Below the pieces are notes generated by a model, which was not told the DNA's origin, searched no databases, and saw only the letters and a program-made list of their open reading frames with translations. A stretch of 64,000 nucleotides of DNA from a virus, in IMG/VR virus record IMGVR_UViG_3300017917_001112, positions 1 through 64,000 of that record, one strand, 5' to 3'. The position numbers and the translations under genes were made by a program. Below are positions 42,803 through 53,676 of the stretch, piece after piece. Position 1 is the stretch's first letter, and each line of letters begins with the position of its first letter.

Positions 42803-44830
42803 ATGCCACAGTACGCAATAATCAAACAAAAAACTAAAGCAAGAAATGCTGCGAATTACGCAGCACAGATCGCTGATGGGGATACTTCTTTGTATTTTTA
42901 TTTTGGAAATCCAGTTTCTTGGGCAACAGTTCCAGGTGGTACAAATAATGACACAAATCCACCAGCACCTAAAGATAACTTAATTGTTGAAAAACAAATT
43001 TGGGATGGAATTATAGGTTTAAAGAAAATAACTGGTTCTGATGTTAAGCGTGGTTTTAAGAGAGTAAACTGGACCAATGGTCAATACTATGATATGTATC
43101 GAGACGACTATGATGGTTCAACAGTTACTGGTGTAAGTTTAGCTGGTGACTATACAAACACAAAACCATTGTCATTAGCAAGATCTAATAATTTGGTGTT
43201 GGTCGACGATGCTGGTGTTTTTAAACTGTATCGCTGTATTGACAACAGAAGCACAACAACAGGAAATCCAATAGCATCCACTACTAAACCAACATTTACA
43301 ACAGCAAGTATTCAAACTCTTGCTGATGGTTATAAGTGGAAATTTATGGGCGAATTAAGTTCAACAGATATTTCCAACTATCTAACAACAAATCATTGCC
43401 CACTCCCAAGTATTGCGGCAACTTCTGCAGCAAATGGTAACGCAACTTCTGTTGTTATGACTAGTCGTGGTGAAGGATATGCGTCAGTTCCAACAGTTAC
43501 TGTTAAGGGCGATGGTACTGGTTTGACTTTAGGAACACCTGTTGTTGTTTCTGGACGTGTGGTTTATGTTCCAATTACTAGCGTAGGAACAGGTTATACT
43601 TATGCAACAGTTACATTTTCTGGTGGTTCGCCAACAACTGCTGCTACTGCTAAAATTATTGTTGCACCAAAAGGTGGATTTGCCAACAATGTAGAGCAAG
43701 AAATAGAACCAAACTTTTTGTTAATCTCCGCATCTAATGAAGAAACTGATGATTATTTTACAACAAGAGGAAATGCACCTACACAATATGGCAACTCTGA
43801 TGTAGCTGGATTGACTTATCGTGTCGTTGGATTATTAGAAAATCCATATAACTATGGAACAACAACAGTTTCTACTGCTAGTTTACTTACAAATTTTACA
43901 GAACACAAAGTTAATTTAATTTCTGGATCAGTTTCATATGGAGACAGATTTACAACAGCAACAAGTGGTTTGAGTAATCCAGTTGCTACAGTTGTTTCGG
44001 TAAGAGATAATACGTCATCAATTGTTAACACAATTTCATTTAATGCAGCAACAGCAGTAAATGGAACAACAAATGAACTAACATCTATTGGTCACAATCT
44101 TGTTACTGGTGACTCTATTCTTTATAATAACAATGGTGGAACTTCTGTAGGTGGATTAACAACAGGTCAAACATATTATGTAATCAAAATTACTGTTGAC
44201 ATTATTAAATTGGCGACTTCTTATGCTAATGCAACATTAGGAAATGCTATACCAATAACTCCTGGAATAGGACTTGGTCATACATTGACACAAACTATCG
44301 TTCAAAAATATGTTGGCTTGGTTAAAACTACAGAACAGTTAATTCAAAATAATCCAATTGTTTCTGGAAACTTACTAACAAGAACAGACAATACAGCTTC
44401 TATGTATGTTGGTCCATATGTTGCGTTTAATGGAAGCAATTTGGGTGTTGTTGGTGTTGGAACAGACATTCTAACTATTCCTGGACATCCGTTTAAAACT
44501 GGAGATTCAGTAGTTTATAGTTCTGGTGCTGGAACAGCAATTGGCACTACAGGTTCTGTCCTTGTTTCTGGAAATACATACTATATAATTCGTATCTCAA
44601 CAAATGAGATTAAATTAGCAACATCATTGGCCAATGCAAACAATGGAATTGCCATAGATTTAATTGGTGCTGGTACTGGAACAACCCACACCTTAACCTA
44701 CAACGGAACAGACAGTGTATATTTACCAACTGCTGAAAAATACAGTGGTAATATAATTTTCACAGAATACAGAAATGCTGTAACTAGAAGTACAGTAAGA
44801 GAAAAATTTAGATTTGTTCTTGAGTTCTGA
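42803..44830 (+). CDS. gp8: baseplate wedge subunit gp8-like
   Basis: W..G..YDMYRDDY, YRCIDN, DGYKWKFM, KYSGNIIF.E.R...R....EKFRFVLEF. Confidence 0.85.
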   Translation: MPQYAIIKQKTKARNAANYAAQIADGDTSLYFYFGNPVSWATVPGGTNNDTNPPAPKDNLIVEKQIWDGIIGLKKITGSDVKRGFKRVNWTNGQYYDMYRDDYDGSTVTGVSLAGDYTNTKPLSLARSNNLVLVDDAGVFKLYRCIDNRSTTTGNPIASTTKPTFTTASIQTLADGYKWKFMGELSSTDISNYLTTNHCPLPSIAATSAANGNATSVVMTSRGEGYASVPTVTVKGDGTGLTLGTPVVVSGRVVYVPITSVGTGYTYATVTFSGGSPTTAATAKIIVAPKGGFANNVEQEIEPNFLLISASNEETDDYFTTRGNAPTQYGNSDVAGLTYRVVGLLENPYNYGTTTVSTASLLTNFTEHKVNLISGSVSYGDRFTTATSGLSNPVATVVSVRDNTSSIVNTISFNAATAVNGTTNELTSIGHNLVTGDSILYNNNGGTSVGGLTTGQTYYVIKITVDIIKLATSYANATLGNAIPITPGIGLGHTLTQTIVQKYVGLVKTTEQLIQNNPIVSGNLLTRTDNTASMYVGPYVAFNGSNLGVVGVGTDILTIPGHPFKTGDSVVYSSGAGTAIGTTGSVLVSGNTYYIIRISTNEIKLATSLANANNGIAIDLIGAGTGTTHTLTYNGTDSVYLPTAEKYSGNIIFTEYRNAVTRSTVREKFRFVLEF

Positions 44831-44864
44831 TAAATATAAAAGATTACCATTCGGAGAAAAATAA

Positions 44865-47800
44865 ATGGATTTTAATGTAGCTCCATACTACGATGATTAT
44901 GATGAGGATAAGAAATTCCTCCGTGTCTTGTTTCGTCCTGGATATTCACTGCAAGCACGTGAATTAACACAAGCGCAAACAATTTTACAAAAACAAGTTC
45001 AGAGAATCGGCGACTATATTTTTCAAAATAAGTCGAGAGTTATTCCTGGAGCAGCGACTTTTGCAGGCGCATTTTCCATTAAACTTGAACCATTAGAAGT
45101 CGACACAGGAACAAATTTAGACACATTTATTAGAGCAGTTGATGGCATTACTGTTATTGGTGAAACAACAGGTGTCCGTGCAACTATTGTTTTATGTGAA
45201 CCATCATCTACAGCAGGCGATCCACCATTATTGTATATCAAATATCTTGCTGAGGGATTTAATGGCGAAACTGAGTTTGCCCAAAATGAAATTTTAAGTT
45301 TTACTGTTGTTCCTATTAGAACAATAAATTCTCAAGGACAAGAAGTTGAGACATCACCAACATATACAGATCCAATTAGTGGAGAAGTAACTACCGCTCT
45401 TGTTGGATCATATCGTGTTAGAATTCAAAATGCTACTGATTATCAGTCGTTAGCATCTATTGCCTTAATTAATACTGGTATTTTCTATGTAAATGGAGCA
45501 TTTGTAAAAGTAGATGCACAAAAAATATCATTAGCAAAATACAGTAATGAACCATCATGCATGATAGGTTTAGATATTGTTGAAACAATTGTAACACCAG
45601 AAGAAGATGATTCGTTATTAGACAATTCAACTGGTGCACCAAACTATACAGCTCCTGGTGCTCATCGTTATAAGGTGGATTTGGTTCTTAATAAAAAAGA
45701 AATTGGTTTCGAGTCTGAAAATTTTATTCTTTTATTAACATTAAGAAGTGGTATTTTAGAGTATTCCGCAAAAGGAACAAGTCTTTCCTATTTAGAAACA
45801 TTGTTGGCACGTAGAACATTTGACGAATCAGGCGATTATACAGTTAGACAATTTGAAATTGAAGTAAAAGAGCACAGAAATTCAGACCAAGGTCAATGGG
45901 CTGGTATTACAAATTATCAAGTTGGGGATGTGGTTTATTACACAAATCCAACAACAAACATAGTTCAATATTATGTGTCATTAGACAATGGTGTTTCTGG
46001 AACAAGTGCCCCAACACATTCATCAGGATCAGTTAGTGATGGTGGCATTCGCTGGAGATATACCCCAGAAGCCAGATATGATTATGGTCTTTATAATGAT
46101 GCTGAGGGTGGCGATACAGATAAAATAGCATTTGGTCTCAAAAATGGTAAAGCATATGTTAAAGGATTTGAGTATGAAACTAATGGTGTTCGCTATATCG
46201 AAGCACCAAAGGCAAGAGATTTCGCTAGAATAACAAATACAGGCATTCCAATTGCTATTGGTAATTTAATTGATGTCATTCCATTCGGTGTTCCTGATAT
46301 TGATGGTTATCAAATTGTTGATTTATTTAAAGTCGACACACCACCAACCACTGCTCAAACTATGGGCACTATGACAGCATCTACAGATGGGTCTGGTACT
46401 GCCACACCAAACAATGCAGTAGCAAAATTAACTTATGCAATTGTTCAAACACAAGCAGGCGCAACAGCAATTACTGAATATCAAGTTGCAAAATTATTAG
46501 CATCCAATGTTACAACAACTACATTCCCAGTTGCATTAAATTCTTTTGCATCTTCTGGTGGTGCTGCTAACAGCTATGGCACATATTTAACAACATCAAG
46601 AGTTGGTACTGCTCGTATTCGTTATATGGAGGGTGGTCAAACATTAAACGGACGTGCTACTGCTAAGATCTCTCTAATGGATGTTCAGATGAATCCAGGA
46701 GAAGATTTCCGTAAAGTTCGTGTTATCGGCACACCTCTGTCACTCGGCTCAACATCAGCAGGTGGAGATCCACAGTGTTTCCGTGCTTTGGTAATTCCAA
46801 CAACATATAACTCAACATTCATTGGTCAATCTACTGTTGCTACAACAGGAAACAATAACGTAGATATGTCTGGTCTTGGAACAAAATGGGTTTCTGGATC
46901 AACATTAACTGCTGGAGATATGGTTTGGTTCCCAAATGCTCCAACACAATTTTTCTTTGTTCGCGATTTACAAGGTTCGGATCGTACAGCCAAAGTAACT
47001 ACATGGGGATCTTTCGCATTATCTGGTCCATTAAATCGAGCAGATTGTGTATATCAAGCACCAGAAGATTTTGATTCCTTGTTTGCGATGCCAAAAACGG
47101 ATATCTATACAATCCGTGGTGGCGAAACATTACAAGATAACAACACAACCTATACAACATTAGAAAAATATACTGCTTCTGGAGATGCTGGTTCTACATT
47201 CGTAAGTATTAATCTATCGGTTCCAGATCCAGACCAATTACAAATTACTACACCAACTGCGTTTGTTGTTATTAACAATACAACTGGAGAAGCAATGAAT
47301 GTGTTTGATGTAACATTAACAACATCAAACACAGCAACAATTAGATTAATCGCATCATCAAGTCGTGTTGGAGCGATTGCTAATTTGCAGAATGATTCAT
47401 ATACAGTTTATGCTCCAGTATTAAAGCGTTTAATTAATGCAAAAGAAAAAGTAAAATCTCTTGTTTCTTCTACATTAAATCTATCATTACAAACAACAGT
47501 AGAACTTGACATTATTAACATCAATAAAGCTGACATTTATCGTGTGTTAAAAGTTGAAATGTTCCCAAATGTTATCTTTGGTAATGACATTTCTGGATTA
47601 GCGACTGGTAGTGGTATTGACATTACAAGTAATTATGAGTTCGATAATGGTCAGCGTGATACGCACTATGACTTAGGTCGTTTGATTAAAGGTAAATCAG
47701 TACCTTTCCCAACAGGTCCAATTAGAATTACGTTTGAATATTTTGAACACTCGTCTGGCGATTATTTTTCTGCTGACTCATATCCTGATTTGTTATACGA

Positions 47801-50800
47801 AGAAATTCCAAATTTCTTTAGTAAAATTACAGGAAGAACAACAAGTCTTCGCGATGTATTAGATTTCCGTCCACGTGTTAATGATGGTGGAACATTTGAT
47901 GGTGGAACAGCGTCATTAACTTCTTTACCACAACGCCAATATGGATTGCAGTGTGACTTTGCTTACTATCTACCAAGAAAAGATAAAATTGTTTTAAGCA
48001 AAACAGGTGGTTTCAATTTAATTCAAGGTGTTTCTTCTGACAATCCACAGTTGCCAGCAACTCCTGACGATACAATGCACTTGTTTGATGTAGAATATAA
48101 ACCATATACTTATCGTGCAAACTCTAGTAATATCGTAATTAAACCAATCGATAATCGAAGATTTACAATGAAGGATATTGCTAAACTAGAAAAGCGTATT
48201 AGCAATTTAGAACAAGCAGTGACTTTGAATTCATTGGAAAAAGAAACAGCTCAGTTCTCTATCAAAGATCAAGATGGTTTAGATAGATTTAAAAATGGAT
48301 TTATAGTTGATAACTTCACTGGGCATAAAGTTGGTAATGTATTAGATCCAGATTATGAATGTTCTATTGATATTGTTAATCGTGTTCTTCGTCCATCGTT
48401 TAATACAATCGGTGTTGATTTATTGGAAGTTGCAACAACAAATCAAGATCGTAATACTGCTGGTTATCGCATTCACGAAGGTAATATCGTAACATTGCCA
48501 TATTTTACTGGAACAGAATTTTATTATAAAAATAAAAACGAAATTCAATCCATCACTAACAAAGGCAATAATGCAACTGCAGCAGAGAGATCTAGAAAAG
48601 AATCTTTGATTCGTGAAAACAATGATTTGGTTATTATGGAACAACCATATGCAACAGAGTCCACACAAATCACATCTCTTACTCAAGGTCCAGGAACTGG
48701 TATTATTTCGTTGTTCCCATCAACAGACTCTTGGGTTGAAACAGATATTCCACAAGAGTTGGTAATTAATGAAGGTGGAACATATGATAGCGTTGCTGCG
48801 CAAGCAGATGCTCTTGGTATTGATTTTGGTACTATATGGAATCAGTGGCAAGTTTCATCTCTTGGAACACCAGTTACAACTGTTTCTGCAAATTCTTGGA
48901 GACAGGGTGGTGGTACATATACAGCAACAACAACAGTTGTAACACAACAAGTCAATGAAACAGCAAAAGGAAAGTCGACTTCTTTAAATGAAAGTGTTGG
49001 ATTAACAGAAGTTAGAGGAAGATTATCAGCAAGACAATCTGTATCGTATGTTCGTTCTCGTCCAGTTGTATTTGTTGCATCTGGTATGAAAGCAGGAACA
49101 CGTGTTTATGGATTCTGCGATGAAACAAATGTAACAGATTATTGTACACAAGCATCTAGACTGTATCTAGCTGCTAGAAAATTTAATTACGGAGTAGTTC
49201 CTTTTCAATTTGGCACAGCCAATACTGAAAGACAAGTATTTTTAACATATAATACGGATTCAGTAGAAACAGGAAATGCTTCTAATTACGAAAGAACTTT
49301 TATGGGTTCTTTAGCGAATGATTTAGCATCATTTACCAGTATTTTTACATCTATCTATACAGGTACAGAAACATCACCAACATCATTAACAATAAGCCAA
49401 ACATTAAATGACACTGCTCGTGCAATTATTGCTCCAAACTCAGAAATTACTGCGTTTACTAAAGGAGAAATTATTCGTGGTCAAACATCAGGTGCTACTG
49501 CTATTGTTATTCTGCATGAACAATCAACAAATGCAACAACTGGTCAACCAGATGGTGTTCTAGATACTTTACACGTAATTAATGTGCGTGGTGTGTTCCG
49601 TGCTGGTGAGGCTATTTTAGGAACAATCAAGAGAAATGAATTAAATGGTGGTGTATTAACACTACAATTACGTGGCGCAAATCATATTGAAGCAGCTGCA
49701 CCAGGAGTATTAGTAACAACTGGTACTGGTCGTATCGCTGGTGTTTGGCATTTGACTTCAGGACAAGTTATTAACAATCGTGCTTCACCAAGATTTTTAA
49801 CAGGTCGTCGTGTGTTTATGTTGTCAGATTCTACAACAAATGCATCAACTGCGAGAACAACTTATGCTGAAGCTGTTTATGCTGCTGTCGGTATCATTGA
49901 TGCTTCTCAGGGTGGTGTAATTGGTGTTCGTAATGCATCTATCGGTGTTGGTGATGTTAGTCGTGACAGAACATATACACAACAATTATCATCAACTACA
50001 AAATACACATTTGTTCCAGATCCACCACCACCAAGAAGATCTACCGATCCTCTAGCACAAACATTTATGGTTACTGCGCAAGATGGATCTAATCCTGAAG
50101 GATGTTTCTTAACAGAAGTTGAACTGTTTTTTGAAACTAAAGATGCTATTACACCAATCATTCTTGAAGTTCGCACAACAGACAATGGATTCCCAACAAC
50201 TACTGTTCTTCCATTCGCACAAAAAGTTGTTTACCCAGGAGACATTTTAACATCAAGAGATGCAAGTATTGGAACACCAATTAGATTCCCTGCTCCTGTT
50301 CATGTTAAAAACGATACTCTTTACGCTTTAGTTGTAACAGCTATGTCGCCACAGCATAGATTGTTTACTGCGACATTGGAAAAAACAGATATTACTCCAG
50401 CAAAACTCGGCAAAGTATTAAAGACGCCATCTCTTGGTTCTATGTTTAAATCGCAGAACTCAACAACATGGACGGAATCACCAACACAAGATTTGAAGTG
50501 TAATATTTTTAGAGCAGTGTTTAATACCACAACTGGCACAACGACTTTGGGTGGAACTGCTGCTACCACAGGAAATTATTTAACACTTAGAAATGGTGAT
50601 GTTTTGCCAGGATCTAACGCAGGAAGAAGCACAAAATTTACTGCTCTTGCTACAAACCCCTTCCGTGTAGAATTAGGTAAAAGCGAGATTATTGTTCGTC
50701 ATCCAAATCATGGTATGTCAACTGGTTCATATGTCTCTTACAGAAATGTTACTGGTTCAGATCAATTTGGATTTTTGAATACACAGTTTAACAGTGAAAC

Positions 50801-53054
50801 ATTTGTTAAAAATCAATTTGATGTTAAAACATCTACGTTTATTTCTACTGGTAATCTTGTAAAACACTTAGTTTATAAAGTATACAGTCACGATCTATAC
50901 AGTATTCGAATTTATGATGGTACTGCTGCTAAACTTGCAACTGCATCTGGTCAATTCGGTGGCGATCAAATTATTGCTACAAGAAATGCTCCGTTTACAA
51001 CATTACATCCAGTTCTAGAAGTATTAAATTTCCAATCAACTGGTGTTAATGCTCAAATTAAAACTACATCAGGTCGTAGTCCAACTGGTTCTGAAACACC
51101 CTATCAGAAAGATAGTAATTGGACTGATATTGTACTAAATGATAATAATTATTTTAATTCGCAGCGTGTTATTCTTAATCGTCAAAACGAAGCAGATTTG
51201 TTAGATAGAGCGTTCTCATTTGAAATGCGTGTTCAATTACAATCATCTACTAAGTTTTTATCACCAATTATAGATTTAGATCGTGCGATGGCTATCGTTA
51301 CACAAAATCGCATTGATGACCCATTAACAACTAAAAGTATTAACAGCAACTATTTCTCAGTTACTGGTGGGTTTGATGGTACAGCAATTTATAACTCTGA
51401 ATACGACAATAAAGAAGGTGGTGTTCAAATGGGTTATATTACAAGAAAACTACAATTTAAAAATACTTCTAAGTTATTAAAGGTTCAACTTGCTGCTTCT
51501 ATTCCTTCAAACTGCGGAGTCAATAAGAGCACACCAACTATAACATTACCAATTAAGTTTCAGTCTGGATCAAGAGTTTCTGAACATCCTGCAATTATTG
51601 TTCAAAGATCTAAAATATCTACATCATATCCAGTCAATTCAACTGCTATCGAATTTCAAGCAGTAACAGGTATTGTTGATGGTATGTATGTTTATGGTCC
51701 AGGTATTCAAGAGGGAACACGTGTTAACGGTATCGCTGGTTTAATTTTAACTTTGGATAAAGCAATAAAAGCAACAATTCCTTCTTCAACACAAGGTTCT
51801 GTTTATTTCTTTACTGCGTTTGATATTTCTCAGTCAGATAAAACTAAACAAATAGATGTTGGAGATTATGTAACATACAGTGGAGCAGGAACACCAGTTC
51901 CAGCCAATACATATGTTACTTTTGCTCCAAAGAATACATACTTTACTAAGAAAGTTGGTTCATATGCCACTGGGTCATTTGTTCAAGCATCTGCTGATAA
52001 TCCAGTAACTTTAACAAACACAACTACTGGTGGTATTGATCCAACAACAAACAATATGACAGTTTTTGTTGATAATATTTCTGATATTAAATTGGGTATG
52101 TATTGCTATGTCAAGTTCTACAACTCTAATGACGGAACATTCACTTGGTCTGCTGCAACTGTTCGTCGTGTTTTAAGAATAAATACTGATGCTAAATCAA
52201 TTGTTCTTGAAAAATTGAGCACATTGGATGAATGGTCATCGATTGGTTTTAGTAGTTCATTCTACTTCAACCAAAACAATAGTATTATTACATTCTTTAA
52301 TCCTGTAATTAAACTAAATCAAGCAGTCACTGGTGCAGTTGAACCAACATTGAGCACAAGAACACCAACGAATTTATTAACATTTACTTCACCTCCAAAT
52401 GCTGAGATTGAAGTATATGCTAAAGTTTCGAATGCTGGTAATGCCACATCGGCAGCTGCTTTGTCATTCAGCTCTAATGAATACAACGCAGTAACAAACC
52501 CATATGGTGTTGATAGTACAAATGACATTATATATTTCCCAATTGCGCACAATTTAAATACTGGTTCTGCTGTTTTATATAACGCTGGTTCTAATACAAT
52601 CACAAACCTAAGAACAGGAACAGTATACTATGCAGTTGTTGTAAGTACGACCTCAATTAAATTGGCTACAACATTTGCAAATGCAATTGAAATCGGAAGA
52701 GCAACACCTGGATTTACACCAATAAACATTGCAGCTACAGCTGTTCAAGAATCTCATTCGTTTACTGATGTAAACCAGAAAGATCAGGCATCAATTGATG
52801 ATGATTTGTTCTTTAGAATTCTTCCTGATGTTGTTGTATCTGGTGATTCTTCTAACTATGGTGGTAATAATCCAATATTAACAAGTAAAGGTTTATTAAC
52901 TACTACAGATAATCCTGAAGAATTTGTTGATCATTCATTTACTGTTGACAATTTACAACCATTTAATACAGCGATCATTAAAATTGTTATGAGATCTAGA
53001 AATCCAGCGTTTGTGCCAAGAGTTCAGGATCTAAGAATTATTGCTACAGCATAA
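44865..53054 (+). CDS. large virion structural protein (VrlC/DUF4815-like, 2729 aa)
   Basis: FNVAPYYDDY, LFRPG..QARELTQ.Q, LARRTFDESGDY, RFKNGF.VDNF, DPLAQTF. Confidence 0.85.
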   Translation: MDFNVAPYYDDYDEDKKFLRVLFRPGYSLQARELTQAQTILQKQVQRIGDYIFQNKSRVIPGAATFAGAFSIKLEPLEVDTGTNLDTFIRAVDGITVIGETTGVRATIVLCEPSSTAGDPPLLYIKYLAEGFNGETEFAQNEILSFTVVPIRTINSQGQEVETSPTYTDPISGEVTTALVGSYRVRIQNATDYQSLASIALINTGIFYVNGAFVKVDAQKISLAKYSNEPSCMIGLDIVETIVTPEEDDSLLDNSTGAPNYTAPGAHRYKVDLVLNKKEIGFESENFILLLTLRSGILEYSAKGTSLSYLETLLARRTFDESGDYTVRQFEIEVKEHRNSDQGQWAGITNYQVGDVVYYTNPTTNIVQYYVSLDNGVSGTSAPTHSSGSVSDGGIRWRYTPEARYDYGLYNDAEGGDTDKIAFGLKNGKAYVKGFEYETNGVRYIEAPKARDFARITNTGIPIAIGNLIDVIPFGVPDIDGYQIVDLFKVDTPPTTAQTMGTMTASTDGSGTATPNNAVAKLTYAIVQTQAGATAITEYQVAKLLASNVTTTTFPVALNSFASSGGAANSYGTYLTTSRVGTARIRYMEGGQTLNGRATAKISLMDVQMNPGEDFRKVRVIGTPLSLGSTSAGGDPQCFRALVIPTTYNSTFIGQSTVATTGNNNVDMSGLGTKWVSGSTLTAGDMVWFPNAPTQFFFVRDLQGSDRTAKVTTWGSFALSGPLNRADCVYQAPEDFDSLFAMPKTDIYTIRGGETLQDNNTTYTTLEKYTASGDAGSTFVSINLSVPDPDQLQITTPTAFVVINNTTGEAMNVFDVTLTTSNTATIRLIASSSRVGAIANLQNDSYTVYAPVLKRLINAKEKVKSLVSSTLNLSLQTTVELDIININKADIYRVLKVEMFPNVIFGNDISGLATGSGIDITSNYEFDNGQRDTHYDLGRLIKGKSVPFPTGPIRITFEYFEHSSGDYFSADSYPDLLYEEIPNFFSKITGRTTSLRDVLDFRPRVNDGGTFDGGTASLTSLPQRQYGLQCDFAYYLPRKDKIVLSKTGGFNLIQGVSSDNPQLPATPDDTMHLFDVEYKPYTYRANSSNIVIKPIDNRRFTMKDIAKLEKRISNLEQAVTLNSLEKETAQFSIKDQDGLDRFKNGFIVDNFTGHKVGNVLDPDYECSIDIVNRVLRPSFNTIGVDLLEVATTNQDRNTAGYRIHEGNIVTLPYFTGTEFYYKNKNEIQSITNKGNNATAAERSRKESLIRENNDLVIMEQPYATESTQITSLTQGPGTGIISLFPSTDSWVETDIPQELVINEGGTYDSVAAQADALGIDFGTIWNQWQVSSLGTPVTTVSANSWRQGGGTYTATTTVVTQQVNETAKGKSTSLNESVGLTEVRGRLSARQSVSYVRSRPVVFVASGMKAGTRVYGFCDETNVTDYCTQASRLYLAARKFNYGVVPFQFGTANTERQVFLTYNTDSVETGNASNYERTFMGSLANDLASFTSIFTSIYTGTETSPTSLTISQTLNDTARAIIAPNSEITAFTKGEIIRGQTSGATAIVILHEQSTNATTGQPDGVLDTLHVINVRGVFRAGEAILGTIKRNELNGGVLTLQLRGANHIEAAAPGVLVTTGTGRIAGVWHLTSGQVINNRASPRFLTGRRVFMLSDSTTNASTARTTYAEAVYAAVGIIDASQGGVIGVRNASIGVGDVSRDRTYTQQLSSTTKYTFVPDPPPPRRSTDPLAQTFMVTAQDGSNPEGCFLTEVELFFETKDAITPIILEVRTTDNGFPTTTVLPFAQKVVYPGDILTSRDASIGTPIRFPAPVHVKNDTLYALVVTAMSPQHRLFTATLEKTDITPAKLGKVLKTPSLGSMFKSQNSTTWTESPTQDLKCNIFRAVFNTTTGTTTLGGTAATTGNYLTLRNGDVLPGSNAGRSTKFTALATNPFRVELGKSEIIVRHPNHGMSTGSYVSYRNVTGSDQFGFLNTQFNSETFVKNQFDVKTSTFISTGNLVKHLVYKVYSHDLYSIRIYDGTAAKLATASGQFGGDQIIATRNAPFTTLHPVLEVLNFQSTGVNAQIKTTSGRSPTGSETPYQKDSNWTDIVLNDNNYFNSQRVILNRQNEADLLDRAFSFEMRVQLQSSTKFLSPIIDLDRAMAIVTQNRIDDPLTTKSINSNYFSVTGGFDGTAIYNSEYDNKEGGVQMGYITRKLQFKNTSKLLKVQLAASIPSNCGVNKSTPTITLPIKFQSGSRVSEHPAIIVQRSKISTSYPVNSTAIEFQAVTGIVDGMYVYGPGIQEGTRVNGIAGLILTLDKAIKATIPSSTQGSVYFFTAFDISQSDKTKQIDVGDYVTYSGAGTPVPANTYVTFAPKNTYFTKKVGSYATGSFVQASADNPVTLTNTTTGGIDPTTNNMTVFVDNISDIKLGMYCYVKFYNSNDGTFTWSAATVRRVLRINTDAKSIVLEKLSTLDEWSSIGFSSSFYFNQNNSIITFFNPVIKLNQAVTGAVEPTLSTRTPTNLLTFTSPPNAEIEVYAKVSNAGNATSAAALSFSSNEYNAVTNPYGVDSTNDIIYFPIAHNLNTGSAVLYNAGSNTITNLRTGTVYYAVVVSTTSIKLATTFANAIEIGRATPGFTPINIAATAVQESHSFTDVNQKDQASIDDDLFFRILPDVVVSGDSSNYGGNNPILTSKGLLTTTDNPEEFVDHSFTVDNLQPFNTAIIKIVMRSRNPAFVPRVQDLRIIATA

Positions 53055-53281
53055 TGGAAAATTTATTAAAAGTCGAAGGCGAGCGACATCTGTATAAAGA
53101 TCCTAATACAGGTGTTGTTCTAAATAATGATAGAGCAGGATACGAAGCATATTTGGCTCAGCGTGCTGCTAATGAGGCAAAACGAGAGCAGATGAATAAT
53201 GTTCAAGAACAAATTGACAGCTTGAAGGGTGACATTGCTGAGATAAAACAAATTCTAAAATTTTTAGTAGAGAAACTTTAA
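53054..53281 (+). CDS. hypothetical coiled-coil protein
   Basis: KVEG..HLYKD..TG.V.N; usually follows the VrlC-like gene in T4-like phages. Confidence 0.75.
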   Translation: MENLLKVEGERHLYKDPNTGVVLNNDRAGYEAYLAQRAANEAKREQMNNVQEQIDSLKGDIAEIKQILKFLVEKL

Positions 53282-53619
53282 TGGCACTAGTACAAGCACT
53301 TTATATCGACCAAGGAGCAGATTTCTCCACTGGCATCACATTATATGCTGACAACGGTATTACACCATTAAATCTTACTGGTTACTCATTTACTTCGCAA
53401 ATGAGAAAATCATATGCATCATCTACTGCTACAACATTTGTGTGCACAGTTCCCTCTCCTGCAACAGGACAGGTGATTCTTACGCTGACTGCTACTCAAA
53501 CAGGCTCATTAAAACCAGGAAGATATCTTTATGATATCGAAATGGTAGATACGAGCAACTACAGAACAAGACCAGTAGAAGGAATTGTTGTCGTATCGCC
53601 ACAAATTACTCAAGTCTAA
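53281..53619 (+). CDS. virion structural protein
   Basis: IDQGADF...NLTGY...QMRKSY...LKPGRY.YDIE...VEGIV.VSP. Confidence 0.75.
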   Translation: MALVQALYIDQGADFSTGITLYADNGITPLNLTGYSFTSQMRKSYASSTATTFVCTVPSPATGQVILTLTATQTGSLKPGRYLYDIEMVDTSNYRTRPVEGIVVVSPQITQV

Positions 53620-53676
53620 TAACTAGAAACCCAACACTGTTATTATACAGGGTATACAAATAAATGTCAAATTAAA

